Positions 13,025-26,099 of a stretch of 64,000 nucleotides of DNA are shown piece by piece. The notes under the pieces are model-generated. The model saw nothing but the letters and a program-made list of their open reading frames with translations, was not told the origin of the DNA and made no database searches. Position 1 is the stretch's first letter. Each line of letters opens with the position of its first letter. Made by a program: the position numbers and the translations under genes. Source of the stretch: Lenisia limosa (taxonomy: Eukaryota; Protista; Breviatea); contig LPNZ01009407.1 in NCBI GenBank assembly GCA_001655205.1, forward strand, positions 2,135 through 66,134. The letters run 5' to 3'.

Positions 13025-16000
13025 CTAAAGGACCAGTTTATCCTTAGTGGAGCCACGAGGTTCAATTGCAAGAGACATGCTATAGGCTTTCTTTTCATCA
13101 ATGACAGACGCCTCTGTGATATACTTCCAAATCTCGGATTTTAACTAAGGTATAAAAAACAGACAGGAGATCCAAACCTCTGGTAATTCCTTTAAGTTAT
13201 ATGCAGTTTGCTGATACTGCTGAAGATCAAGAATGACATTCATTTCCATAACTCTCTAAAAAGTGATTTTTGATGAGGAAACACAAAAAACTTTTGACAA
13301 AAAAATATACTCTATCGATATATATACTATCACAAGCCATCGACACATATCTTGATTTCTGATATACTATCATATCAATATTAATTATGTACATGTACGA
13401 TAGGCCTACTTTTGTGAAATTAATGAGCTTGCCAATTTGATCCGGGTTTCCATCACCAATAAAAGTTAAATCAGAAAGGAAAACACCTAGACAATCAGTA
13501 AACGCCCGGTACGCTCCAACATTACCGATATAAGGGATACAGGGCGGGGAAATGGACTTGAGGTTGCTTCTGTAATTCTTGTATGACATTTCCGCACTCA
13601 TAAGAACTTCTTGGCTTGCCAAAGTCTAGCATTAACAATAAAAATCAACATCCATGAGTTTTTTATTGACATCCTTACGTGTATGTTTCAATCTGAGTGT
13701 TGCTGAGTTGTTCAAACCAGCTAATACTGAAGTTAAAGCAGAATAGTTTTGAAGAGATTGGAATTCCTAAAAAATAAATTAAGGCACAAGCAATCTTACA
13801 ATAGCTAATTTGATAAACCACTCCATTCGCTTTACTCTGGCCTTCAGACCCTCAACTCGAACCATGTCATGCGTAATCCTGAAGTTAGAAATAAAGGACT
13901 ACCAATTAGAGAGAATATTAAAAGTATCAATAAAACCAAGAACGTTAGGAGAGCGGTGCTGGGTTTTTGGCTTTGACCAGGCTTGGTTCAACAATTCAGG
14001 TGCCTGGAACGTAAACATAATACACTTCCCTTACTCTGATACATGAATAACGCTCAAAGTCAGCAAAGGTAATTTGTCTTGCAACTTCAATAGGATCAAT
14101 ATCATAAACGGTCTGAACAGCACTTTTTGGAATCTTGAAGAATAAAGAGAAGATTGCCCAACAATTGGTTCAGGAGGATCCTCGTTGAAATGCCGCTGTC
14201 TGCCAGTTGTAGCCACGGCCTTCTTCTTGTCAATGGTTTTAAGAAGCTGTGTGGACAAAGACGACATGCTTTGGGAAAAATCTCCTTGAATAAACTTAAC
14301 AAGCCTCTCCTAATAGATCAGTGCAAAGATGTACGCTCTACAAACTTGAAGTGGTTCATCAAAGTCGGCCCAATAGTCTGAAATCCACATTTTAAGCACG
14401 TTTCCAACCCGAAGATTAACAATCGATTTAGCTTTCGAGTAATCCTGCACAATAAGACAAAGATTGGAGGCTAACCGCATCACCCATGTCTAAGGCGCGC
14501 GGGACACAGGAGCGCTCAATTAGTTTCGTCAGGAGAACATTGGGAGAGGTGAACGATTGATAAGTCAAGAGGAAGGTTTTTTGGAATGTCATATCTACAG
14601 AGTAAACCACACATAGCAACACTTCATAATATTGTGAGGATAACCATGATAATAAGTTGGATTTTTGGCAAACCATGATTGTCGGTTGAAGTAACAGTTC
14701 TGATCAAATAGTTGAGCGATCCAGCTTCAATGAACTGTTTGCCGTCCTTGGAGCCAAAGAGGACATTTGAAGTACTAGAGAGTAATATATTATGTTGAGC
14801 GGACTTACCTATCTTCTGGTTCATCCCAGAAGGGAATATCCTGAGCAACACCATCTAAAATGAATCAAAAAAAAAAAANNNNNNNNNNNNNNNNNNNNNN
14901 NNNNNNNNNNNNNNNNNNNNNNNNNNNNNNNNNNNNNNNNNNNNNNNNNNNATGAATAAGTAACATAACTCAAATTCGACCAACCTCCATTGTCATCATC
15001 AGTGACATCCACGTTTGACGCAAGCACACAACCCTAATAAATCAGCTTATTGTAATATTGACTATTATAATCTGATATAAACAATTTACTCTAAATCTTT
15101 TCACAAAAGATGCCTACAAATAAAAGATACCACCTTGATTTATCTCACTTTTCATTGAAAAAAAGGTCGGAAATGTTAAGTGTTATGTAGTACTGTACTT
15201 TAAAACTTTTATATGATCTACTCTGTATTATCACAAAATTAACAACCCAACATACGTGTCTTTGTCTCAGGTAGAGAGTTGATTGCCTTGGAATACCTGC
15301 TCCTTCGATTCCCTCCACAATTGGAGAGCTGCCAAGAAGTTCTTCTCCATACGACTCATCAGGATCTTCGATCGCGGCCGACAACGAAAAGGGGGCTTCG
15401 GGGTCCTTCAACGGGCTTAGAGACCATTGGTGGGGGTGATTCAATTCTAACAATTAGACCGGAGGCTTCCTTACTGCTATTAAAATGGGAGCAAATTTGG
15501 GCTAAAATGGAGGCGACTGGCCCATCCACATCAACTTCAATTTCGTCTTCAAGAGATAATGCAATATCAAAAGCTTGGAGGCGGGGTGTTAAGGTAACAA
15601 GATCCTTGAGACATAAAAAAACAAAAAAAAACCATAACTTACCCCATGTTTCAAATTATAGTCACAAATTGTGTTAGTAGGGTCTTCAAAATATATTGAA
15701 ACTGGTTTCTGAACAATAAGAATCCTCGAAGTTTGGACAAACCTTCTTGCCGACCACATCTTGAGAGGTCATGATTGTGTAATTATCAGGTGATTTGATA
15801 TTCCCCTAAAGATTAAAAGAGAAACTAAGAAGAGGCCATACTTCTCCCATCGAAACGAGGGTGTCAAGCAGCTCCTGTACTGTAGCCCGTTTTCTGACTG
15901 ACAGAGACCTTTTCTCGGGGAATCCGGGAACAATGCAAAACAGGTTCACTTCCAATTCTCTAAACTCACAATATGTCTAAAAAGTTACTCAATAGGTCAA

Positions 16001-16538
16001 TAGCGTACCGCTCCACTGGCAAACTCCATGAGAGCTCCTTGCGGCTGGAACCATGTAGAGTTTCCCTTGATACCAAAATGCTGAACTTCGTCGTCCGTCA
16101 GGCCGAAGGTCTCGCCAAGCTGCGAAACCACTTCATGCACCTTGAGACAAGGCTCAAACTCAATAGTCCTGCTTGTTAACAAAGGCTTAGAGGAGCAAAC
16201 CTGCTTTCGCCGTTGTATAGAAGGTGGAGAGGAATAGGTTTTGGTCGGAATTCAACGGCATGCTGGGTGTAAAGGAAAGTAGCTATCTTACTTCTTTGTC
16301 AATACCCTGCTCCAGAACACATTCATCTTCATCAATCCATTCCCCTTTCTCAACATTGAAAAGTCCATACCCTTCATGATTGCTAAATAGAATAAGATGC
16401 AATACCGACCCACGGAATTGCACGGTGCTGTCCTTGGAGATGCATCAACAACTGATCTCCAGTTGTTCCTCCAGTAATGTACATTGTTGAAACATGGTTA
16501 AGCGCTGGTACGCTCACCTGGATTGGCTTATTCTCCAT
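13025..16538 (-). CDS. Ras guanine-nucleotide exchange factor (REM + CDC25 domain) with N-terminal putative ubiquitin-like segments
   Basis: CDC25 motifs PPCIPYIG|VFLSDLTFIGDGNPDQIGKLINFTK and KAYSMSLAIEPR. REM-like LIEAGSLNYLIR, TFLLTYQSFTSPNVLLTKLIER. N-terminal exons TIEFEPCLKVHEVVSQLGETFGL and RSLSVRKRATVQELLDTL. Confidence 0.85.
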
Positions 16539-17122
16539 CGCCAACAACTCCGATGACTTTTTGGCTTTTTGTTACTTTTCTCTTGTATATTAGGATATAA
16601 TTATATAAGATAAATATTTCTGCCCAGGGATTAAAAGAAGAGTTTGAAGGCTTGAGGGAATAAGTTAAAGAGAAACAAATAAGCGCACTGGTCCAAGACA
16701 TAGTTGTCATTTTTGGTTTTTTGAGAAATTCGAAATTCACTCACAGAATTACTTATTTTTGATAACCTTTGCTTATATACAACAATTACATGTCTTAATA
16801 TCTTTATGTGATGAGAATCTTACCTAAATAAGCGCTCCTTTACTCGACTGAGCTCAATTTTGTCTATAAACTTAAGGTTTGTGGTGTACTTGAAGGGATT
16901 TTGCCTGAAATCAATGAAGTATGTTTGAGAAAGGAGTTATGATCCTTCTTCCTCACCTTTTCCCTCTATCTTACTGGATTCAAATGGTTACGAATAAAAA
17001 TAGGAATGTTCATTAGGGCAAATCACACTACTACAAGGTCCAGTCATTTTCTCAATCACTATTGTCTACCTTGCCTGATTCTTTCAATCAACGATCTCAT
17101 GCTCTAGTGCTTTTTGACCATC

Positions 17123-20100
17123 ATGTCTAGTCCTTCTGAGGATTCAGGACAATCATCAGGTTAGAAGGGTGCCACCTCCACCTTTAATTTTTTGATGACT
17201 GAACATCTATCGTTTTTTTTGAGGAGTTGACTGATATGACTGATATGACTGTCTAGGAAGCCAGCCTGTTCGCAACGACAGCCCATGGGTCTTTACCAAA
17301 AAGGATTCTAAGGTTTGTGGGAAGAAACACGTTTGTTTTCGTCCAAGATGATACTCCATAACCTCGTTGGCATACAAGCGTGATTGTTTAAGCCCACGCC
17401 ACCCCCTCAAAAGACCACCAAAGCACCCCAAGCTGGCATGACGATACCGCATCCTCAGAATATTCAACCATCAAACAAGCAGATAGCCCCCCAGACAATG
17501 GCACCAACGTTGAAGCCAAACCAGCCTCCTCATAAAGCTGTGCAGCCCATGAAGACCCAACCGGTGTCCCCCCAGACGGCTGCTCAACTCTCCAAGTCCC
17601 AGCAGCCCCACAGAATGGTTTCGCCTATTACGCCGTCACCTACCCCGCCCCATCAACAGCCCATGATTGCTGCTCAGCCACCAGTTGCTCACTCTATTCC
17701 CCAAGCTGTTTGCCGGAGATTGGAATTTACGCTTGCTCTCCCCGACAACATAAACATTTTCTATTTACCAAAATATGAACCTCATATTATGCTTCCTTTT
17801 AATAATAGTGGTGGTATAATACCGACTGACAACAAGTAATCCTTTTATTCTTTCAAAAAAATAATAATGATTGGAGAAATAATGTGACTCGAAAATCTCT
17901 ACCCACAGGTTTCCTCGAGCTGATATGAGAGCATTTTTTTCCACCTCTCATTTCTGCAGGCAATGTCTATGCCCCATCATCACCATGTTATGCACTCCCA
18001 GCCTCGCCCCGTTGCTGCACATATCCCCATGCCCCCTCACAACCCGGTGAGCTTGTTTTCTATGAGAAAACAGCAAGATATTTTTATTGTCTTTAAAATG
18101 CAACACTCATCAGGAGCACTGGTAATGATAGGATACAGTATCTTTAATAGAGACTCCTTCTCTCTTTTGCCATCTATCTCCAATTTTGTTACAGATCAGA
18201 AATTTGCTTTGCGGAATTGAAGTAATTATATATGTTCGGTGAAATGTTTCCCTTGAAAAGTCGTATACATCGTTTCCTCTGTTAGTATCATAATGACGAT
18301 ATCAGAGCCCCTCCCAGTGGCCTATCCAGCCTCAACGAGCCCACACCCATTCCCGGCCCATGAACCTAGTTGCAGGACACATTGCAATTGCCACAGAAGG
18401 ATCAGTGGGTTGCTGATATAAAAAAAACCGCTTACATGTTAGAGAAATATTAAGGTTGTTATTAGCTTGCTTTGGTGGTTGATTCTTGTTATTAGCTTGT
18501 TTTGGTGGCTAATTATTGTTATTAGCTTGCTTTAGTGACTGATTATTGTTATTAGCTTGCTTTGGGTTAAGTTTACCTTGCCAGGCTTCTGCAGCGAAGC
18601 CGATTCCGCAACCCCAGCAGTATCCACTCTCCTCGCCAGGATCGTCCGTCAAATCACCCCCTCTTTCAGCTGCCACCTCTCGCCCACCTATCAACACTCA
18701 AGTTTGCTCAACTGCTTTTATCGATTGCCTGCAATATTTTCAGTTACTATTTCTATGAAGATGGCATGGACGACCCAGTCATAATACTGCCTTATTTTAT
18801 TTTTCATTTCCGCATATTAACTTGCGCAGGCACTTGGACAGAAGCTCAACAACGTTCAGCTGACCCCTCAACAGTACCCCATTCGTCCCATGCATATGCC
18901 GGTAGGCTTCAGGATTCTTCTGGCACTGATTAGGGCGGGTTGTATGATATTACCAGACATGTCCTTATAGAGTCAATGCGATTCAATTCTGTTATTTTTA
19001 ACCCCTCAAGTCTCATGTCCACGCCCCTCAGCCCAATGCACAAACACGTATCCACCCCTCACAGGGTAAGAACTGCAAATACTCATGAAGAGAGGGGGCA
19101 TAGTGGCTTTAATCTCATGAGTATTCGAAAATATCGTTTTTCTATATTTCTATGATATGGTCAATTGAGCTCTCACATTTAAGGCCCCATCCACCCAACA
19201 GCAGCGCCTCAAAGCCCGGCGAGACCATCCCCTGTTCCTATTTCCACCACTCCACATTCTGCACCCGCGGTGAGGCCTATACGTTGAAATCTAGGGATTT
19301 GGGAAACGCTCAAAACTACAATTATACTGCTCTTTCTGTGGTCTCTAGTTTAAGAGGATTCTGCTTTTATTACTTTTTTTTATTTGATTTTTGTTCTTTG
19401 TTTATTGTGCCATTTGGTATTAGAACTCAGTTGTTCAATAATAAGAGGATCCTGTTCGTGCTCAACAGAAAGTCACCTTCTCAGGTTGGAATGACAATCC
19501 CCTTTTCGCTTCCCCCCACTGCCAACCCCCCACCAGCAGTTCGAGGACATACCGTAGGGTGAAGGCAATGGTTTCGAACTGTTTTGTTGTATTCCGCTTT
19601 ATGAGTTCTTTGCCTCGTTCATTCCCATCCCTAAACCCGCCCAGATCCTGATCTTATCATAGCCTACTCTCTTTTGAACAGATCTCATGATCTAGTCCCC
19701 CCTGTCCACATCCTCCCCCATGTCGCCACCCAGTTCTCAGCCANNNNNNNNNNNNNNNNNNNNNNNNNNNNNNNNNNNNNNNNNNNNNNNNNNNNNNNNN
19801 NNNNNNNNNNNNNNNNNNNNNNNNNNNNNNNNNNTCAACCTGAGGAAAAGTGGGCAATCGATATCTTGCATAGCCAATAGCTGGAATTCCATCGAATCTT
19901 ATTCTATTTATTTTCTTTCTTCTATAGAAAGATACCTGAGATTTGCTTGTTCAAACTTCCTATGAGATATCATGCATATTCTATTTTACATGTATTTTTT
20001 TGAAAGAATAATACATGATATTACATTGTTAATATGATATAAAATCTAGGAATAGGAATACTCATAAATGAAGCTCTAATCTGACACCTCTAGACTCGCG

Positions 20101-22741
20101 GCCCCTCTGTGACCTACCGCGGCGAGAGGAAGGATCGTGGGTTGGGTGAAAGGCTTCACTTCTGTCCAAAAAAGAATTTTATTGGTCTTTTGGACCAAAG
20201 TGAATGAAAGTGGCGGCATCGACTACATTTATCTTGGTACATTTATACGCTGTTCTTTGACCAATAACATCCCAGCCACTTTGTTTTCTTACCTTTCCAG
20301 TTTACATAACGAAATCTTGGACTTCTGCAATTACATTCAACCCACACCGGCCGAGCTTTGGATGCGCTCTGATGTGCTGAACCAGCTTCAACAAACAATC
20401 AATCAGCTTTGGCCAAGTGCAACGGTTTGGTCCCTTCGCTCTCTTTCCCTCTTCTTCTCACAATATTTCTTTCTCGTTCTCTGATCTCTTTATCGCGTAT
20501 AGTGTTTCTCCTTGTTGTCTCTCTCATTCCTTGTGTTCTTGCTTTGTTCTTTCAGGATGAATTCTGGTGTATCCNNNNNNNNNNNNNNNNNNNNNNNNNN
20601 NNNNNNNNNNNNNNNNNNNNNNNNNNNNNNNNNNNNNNNNNNNNNNNNNNNNNNNNNNNNNNNNNGTATCATTTTGTTTAGTCAATCCACAATCCAATAC
20701 TATGGTTATTTACATATTTTATGCTCCGTAGATGGAGGTGTTCGGCTCCGTGCTTACCAGGCTTGTCTTACCAAAGTCGGACATTGATGTGGTTGTCTTC
20801 GGAGTTAACAACAATATTGTTTCGGCCTTACACAGGTAAGAAAACAACTTTGTGAAGGCTTTTCGTTCCAATTTTTATGAATCAATCATACATGAATCTT
20901 AATGAATGTAGACTTGAAGAGGTTCTTTTGGAACGCGTAGCGTCTAGTGTACAAGTCATTCCCAAAGCCAAGGTCCCCATCCTCAAATACGTTGATAGCT
21001 TTTCTGGGGTGAGCATTTTGATCTATGAGTGACCAATTCTGATGAAAATAGTCAATCCCTTTTTGTTTCTCTTGAAACACATCCTTTGACCACTCAGTGC
21101 AATGTTGACGTCTCTTTTGACATCCCATACGGCCCTCGGAACACAAGGCATCTCAACAGTTTCCTCGACACTAGTCCAGCTCTCCGTCCACTCACGTGAG
21201 AGGCGTTATCATATGACCTGCTGTAGTTTTATCTCTCATTTCCAGATTATCCAAAACGGTTAATATTTATCAGGGGGTACCGAAGTATTAAGTCCTTTTC
21301 ATTTCCAAGTGCTCACTGGAAACACACCATTAGCTCACCGTTCAGATTGACGATCAAGTTCCTTCTCAGCCAGCAAAACTATAACGAGCCTTATTCCGGC
21401 GGCCTGGGCTCCTATGCATTGGTGTTAATGGTCATTTCACATCTCCAAGTGGGTAGCGTTTGGACTGATTGATCCATGAATAGATATGTAGTTGTGTTCT
21501 GATCCAAATAATGGGTCTTTTCACTTGTATTCACGAGACACTAAGCACTGTACTTTAAAATTTCATATATTGTTCATTTCTTAGAACTATCCATGTAACC
21601 GAAATGCGGTTCCCGTCTGCGTGCCAAAAACGCCCGGTGTTGATTTGGGGGACTTGTTGATCTCCTTCTTCTACGTCTACGGAGAGCACTTTGACTACAC
21701 GGTTGGAGAGGGTACTATCAAGATTTCGTTGTCTTTTCGTCTTTATTACTATTTGCATTTCCATGACACAGATAGATACATTCTTCACTTCTGTACAGTG
21801 TTGTTATTTATTGCCCAGAATTCTGCAATCAGTATTCTTCAGCATGGTACCTACTTCCCCAAAACCAGTCGTAATTGGTATGACAGCAAACACCCCAAAA
21901 AAAATTGCTTTTCAACAATAATGCAGTCTCAAACATACATCTGCATATTACCAACGGCAGTTCTCTCAAGTAGATCGGATCTTTAACCAGAGTTCCCGTT
22001 TACTTTCTCAGGTTTGACAGCAGCAATCCATCAGCGTTGGCGGTGGAAGACCCCCTGCTCCCGAAAAATGACGTGGCGAAAGCAGCGTTTTTAATTTCAC
22101 ATATCCGAAATCTCTTCCGTGAGGCCTACAATCGATTGACTGGAAATCGACCGGTCAGGTCGCCAAATACCTGTGGGTACTTGCCTTTTATGGTGATTCA
22201 CGTTGTTTGAACAACTGCTAAATGTTTTTGATCATTTTTACTCTTTTTTTTAGAAACCCAAGCTCTTCCACCAGGTCAAAGTGGTGACTAACCCATGTAG
22301 CACACCCTAACATTCCGTCCCTATCGCTTCTCTCTCGCATTATAACTCTTTCACCTGTTTGTGGTGGCGGAGGGGAGGGTGTGTTTTCTGGGATGCAGTG
22401 TTGGTAGATTTGGGGGGTTTCAATTCACTGTTCGGACAGTTTTATTTAGTGTCATCATTCACCGTCACCCCCAGGAATTTGATAATGAGCGACGACAAAT
22501 TGACGAACTTTTTGTTCCATATGCCACGCAAATGGCAGCGCGAGTGAGCTGGGCTTGATTTATATTCCAAAAAGACTGGGTTTCTTGAGTTACTAAATAA
22601 CTTCACCTTTCATTATGGTCAATGCCTTACTGATAAAATTTTGAATATCATCTCATTAAGATGGGATCTTCACAATATGTAAATGAGCTTTTTGGTTTGA
22701 CCATGTAGGTGAAAGAAAAGTCTGAACAAATGAGCGATTAG
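17123..22741 (+). CDS. Trf4/PAPD5 (TENT4)-like non-canonical poly(A) polymerase with a long Pro/Gln-rich N-terminal region (joining into one gene is inferred)
   Basis: SLHNEILDFCNYIQPTPAELWMRSDVLNQL, catalytic VFGSVLTRLVLPKSDIDVVVFG, AKVPILKYVD, NYNEPYSGGLGSYALVLMVISHLQ, DLGDLLISFFYVYG and LAVEDPLLPKNDVAK. P/Q-rich exons lie at ~17390-19740 on the same strand with no confidently placed stop before the catalytic part. Confidence 0.8.
18456..18571. repeat. Intronic minisatellite, about 4 copies of a 30-bp unit (TTGTTATTAGCTTG(C/T)TTT(G/A)GTG...)
   Basis: Units start at 18456, 18486, 18516 and 18546 and are near-identical. The array lies upstream of the acceptor of exon ASAAKPIPQPQQYP. Confidence 0.9.
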
Positions 22742-23267
22742 CGGCTCTTCAGCTTCCTCTTTCCTCTGTGGGTTCAGGCAAAGGTTATGATTTCATTTTC
22801 CATAAGAACAATAGAGTATTGCTGCAACCAATGAGACCCCTTTTATTTTTTCTCTCACCATTGCAGCCTTCTTCTTTCTCTTCAGGTCCTTTTAGCGTAT
22901 CAAAAGCCGACTAAATTCGTCTTTGTGATTCTATTTCTTCTGGGTTTCTTTTTGATGTATTAGCTTTTTTCCTTAGTTTAGATACTGATTACCATCGTCA
23001 GATGTTGAACAACTGGGTATTTGAAGATGATACTATGTTGATGTTGGAGATGGAGGTTGGCAATGACAGCATTGTGGCAATAGGATCAAAGGAAAAATAG
23101 GATGATCGGAGGATTAAATAATTAGGCATTGTTGAACCTTTCTTGAGGCTGTGTTGTGTTGAGGGAGTTGAGGGTCAATGGGGTTCGGGATTGAAAGCTG
23201 CGCCGCCGAGGTTCCTCTGCAAAAAAAAATCTCAAAAACAACACGCAATTTATTATTATCTATTAAA

Positions 23268-24370
23268 ATGGCTACCCGTGGACCTAAGTATGGACTTGAT
23301 GCTGAGCTTGCCGCCAAGCAGGTTTGAATCTTTTTTCTTTGAGGCCACTTATCCTCCCAAGGCCGCTAAGTACAGCCCTGAAATGGAACAACAAGCCCGT
23401 GTCTGGATCGAGGCTGTTACAGTAAGCAATCAATCATAAAATATTTCAATTCAGCGCGTTGCTGGCGGGTTCTTTGTTGCCTCACTGTATTATTATCATT
23501 TTCAAGGTTATTTAATCCCTAATTGTTTGCTGCTTTAATTTTTTCAGGGAATTGCTGTCACTGGTGACTTCCACGAGGCCCTCAAGGACGGTGTTACCCT
23601 TTGCACGTAAGGAATACACGGTATCTACAGTTTTTTTTTTATAATCCGCCTTCCCCTCCTCGACCTTCTCTGACTAATCAGTGTCATGAACACCTGCAAG
23701 CCTGGTGCCATTAAGAAGATCAACAAGATGAAGATGCCCTTCATGCAGATGGAGAACATCTCCAACTACTTGGTAGGAGGAGGCTGTTTCCCCATTGTTT
23801 TCGTTTGATAGATTTTTTTAACCATCCTTTGGAGCTGACCCCCTTAGACTGCCTGCACTGCTCTTGGTGTCCCTGCCCCCGAGCTCTTCCAGACCGTTGA
23901 TCTCTTTGAGGTTTGTCTTGCCCTGTTCCATGCCTTCTAACCCAAGTAGAAGCAAAACATGGGTGCTGTTGTTCAGAACATCCACGCTCTTAGCCGTCAT
24001 GCCACTGCCAAGTATGCTTTTCTAACATTATCATGATAATTGCTTGTTTCTCTTTGATTTGACTGGCCAATACCCGCAGTAATTCACCCTCCAGGGGCTT
24101 CAGAGGCGCCACCATTGGCCCCAAGCTCTCCGAGAAGAACCAGCGCCAGTTCGACTCCAAGAAGGACGCTGAAATGAGAGCCACCGTGCCTTCCCTCACT
24201 CGTGAGACCGGATCTGGTGCCACTGCTAAGGGCGTCGTCTTCGGCAAGACTCGTGGTGCGTGGTCCCTACGGAACTTTTTTTCATTTTTGGAGGGGAGGG
24301 GGTCATATTGTGGATTGACCATTGAGCTGTTGTCATTCTGACTGCTTCAGATGCCACGATGTACTCCTAA
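23268..24370 (+). CDS. Calponin/transgelin-family CH-domain actin-binding protein
   Basis: Fully spliceable with GT-AG introns: MATRGPKYGLDAELAAKQAAKYSPEMEQQARVWIEAVT..GDFHEALKDGVTLCT..KINKMKMPFMQMENISNYL..PELFQTVDLFEKQNMGAVVQNIHALSR..GPKLSEKNQRQF..VVFGKTRDATMYS*. Confidence 0.93.
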
Positions 24371-24640
24371 GCGTTGTGGTCATGGTTGTGGGTTATAACT
24401 ATAATTTAAGGGGTTATTTATTACAATTGATTACACTTGCGGTTGATCACCTTTATTATTGTGGCGTTAAAAGGATGTTTTGTGATGCGCTTTGTAGCTA
24501 AAAGGTAAACGTTTCATAGGCAAACTTTGATAAGAATATAAGATTAGACCGTTGACTACCACTATATCAAAAAAGACATTCAAAAAAGAAAAAGTGTATC
24601 TACTACACAATAAATAATACCCTCTCATAAAAATACAAAC

Positions 24641-25912
24641 TCAAGCCATTGCCATTTGCCTTTCCGGCTCCTCTTCTGCTTCTGGCTCTGGGGAAGAGTA
24701 AACCAAATGACTAAAAATAAAACGCACACATCACCACAATATTATTTGTGAAACAAAAAAAAGTTGCAGACTTTGTCCATTTGCTTTCTACTTCACGGGA
24801 AAGTAAACTTGATGCCAGTTTCAAAACGCTTAACCCTCCATGCTATCTTGTAATTGCATCGAATATTCCCATATTAAAAAATATTTCGGAAAGGAAAAAC
24901 ATCTTATATCAACAATCATCCCCCAACCTTGTGCAGAAACCTCAGGTTCATGAGTGGGAATTGTTGGTGCCTCATCCAGACCCATCTGGAAGGTCGTGAG
25001 ATAGCGTTTTGAAATACCACCTCCCAAAAAATTTTCATGACAGTAAGAGCAATGGCATGAAGCTTTGAAAAGCTACCTAATTCAAACCATATACTTTCAG
25101 CTCATTTAATTTCTTACAGCACATAAATTCAGAGTAAAAAGTGCTTAATTAGTTGCTTATGGTAGCTCAGGGTCACTTTACCATTATTATTATTTATTTT
25201 TTTTACCTAACAGACCCAAAAAAATCAACCAAACACCCAAAACAAACCTCTTCCGCCAAAATCCTGTCGAGCTCCTCCTGTGCTGCTTCGTCATCCTCAG
25301 GGGTCAGAGACTCTCCAAGAAGAGCATCAATTTCCTTTTGCCACTCCATAGCTTCCTGGGTCTCATCCATCAACTTCTCCACATCCTCAACGCTCATCTC
25401 CTTCTGAAGTTCCTTGAGTACCTCATTTCCTACAATGTAAGAAAGAAATCAACCACACAAACCTTGCTTCAGCCCATCAAAGACATCCTTTTCGATCTTG
25501 GCAAATTCGACAGTATCGATCATTTGTTGAAGGTTGTCAAATTGAACCTCAAGGTTTTCCAAGGACTTGGTCTGCATCTTCTTTCTTCTTAAACAACGCA
25601 TGGCATTCTAATGATGTGATATTTGGGAATGCATCTTACTTCCTTCTGTCCTGCTGCTGCGAGTTGTTTTGCCATCTCCACCTCACGAGTGATAATCTTC
25701 TCAACCTAGAGTACGGTAAAACAAGAGTTTGTCCGCGTGAATAGTTCATATTTTATAATATGAAATAATATATATGGGAAAGGTTCCAGAAGGTGTCCTC
25801 ATACCTTCTTTTTGTAGACTTTCAGCTTATCCCGCTTGACTTTAAGGTCCAGAACCGCCTTATCATGTTCAGTTACCCTGTTCTTTTTCTTTTTCGAGAA
25901 AATTGCTCCCAT
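24641..25912 (-). CDS. CHMP6: ESCRT-III subunit Vps20/CHMP6
   Basis: MGAIFSKKKKNRVTEHDKAVLDLKVKRDKLK (Gly2, myristoylation-type N-terminus), DNLQQMIDTVEFAKIEKDVFDGLKQGNEVLKEL, MSVEDVEKLMDETQEAMEWQKEIDALLGESLTPEDD. Confidence 0.93.
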
Positions 25913-26099
25913 TTTAAGGTTATATCGCGAGAAAAATTGGACAAAAAAAGATGTATATAGTCCCGGGGACCCCCGGGTAAAAAGTTTGTTTTGTGTGGTT
26001 TTTCTTCGTGATGCCTCTTTCTTGCATATAGGCTGAAAATTAAGTATACTGTACTAATACGGTCATTTGAGTGGCGGGATATTCGCACTCCCTTAAGAA

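Noticed and set aside
18456-18571. CRISPR-like repeat/spacer look of the 30-bp array
   Set aside because: The variable parts are only ~12 nt and similar to each other. The context is a eukaryotic intron and there are no cas genes.
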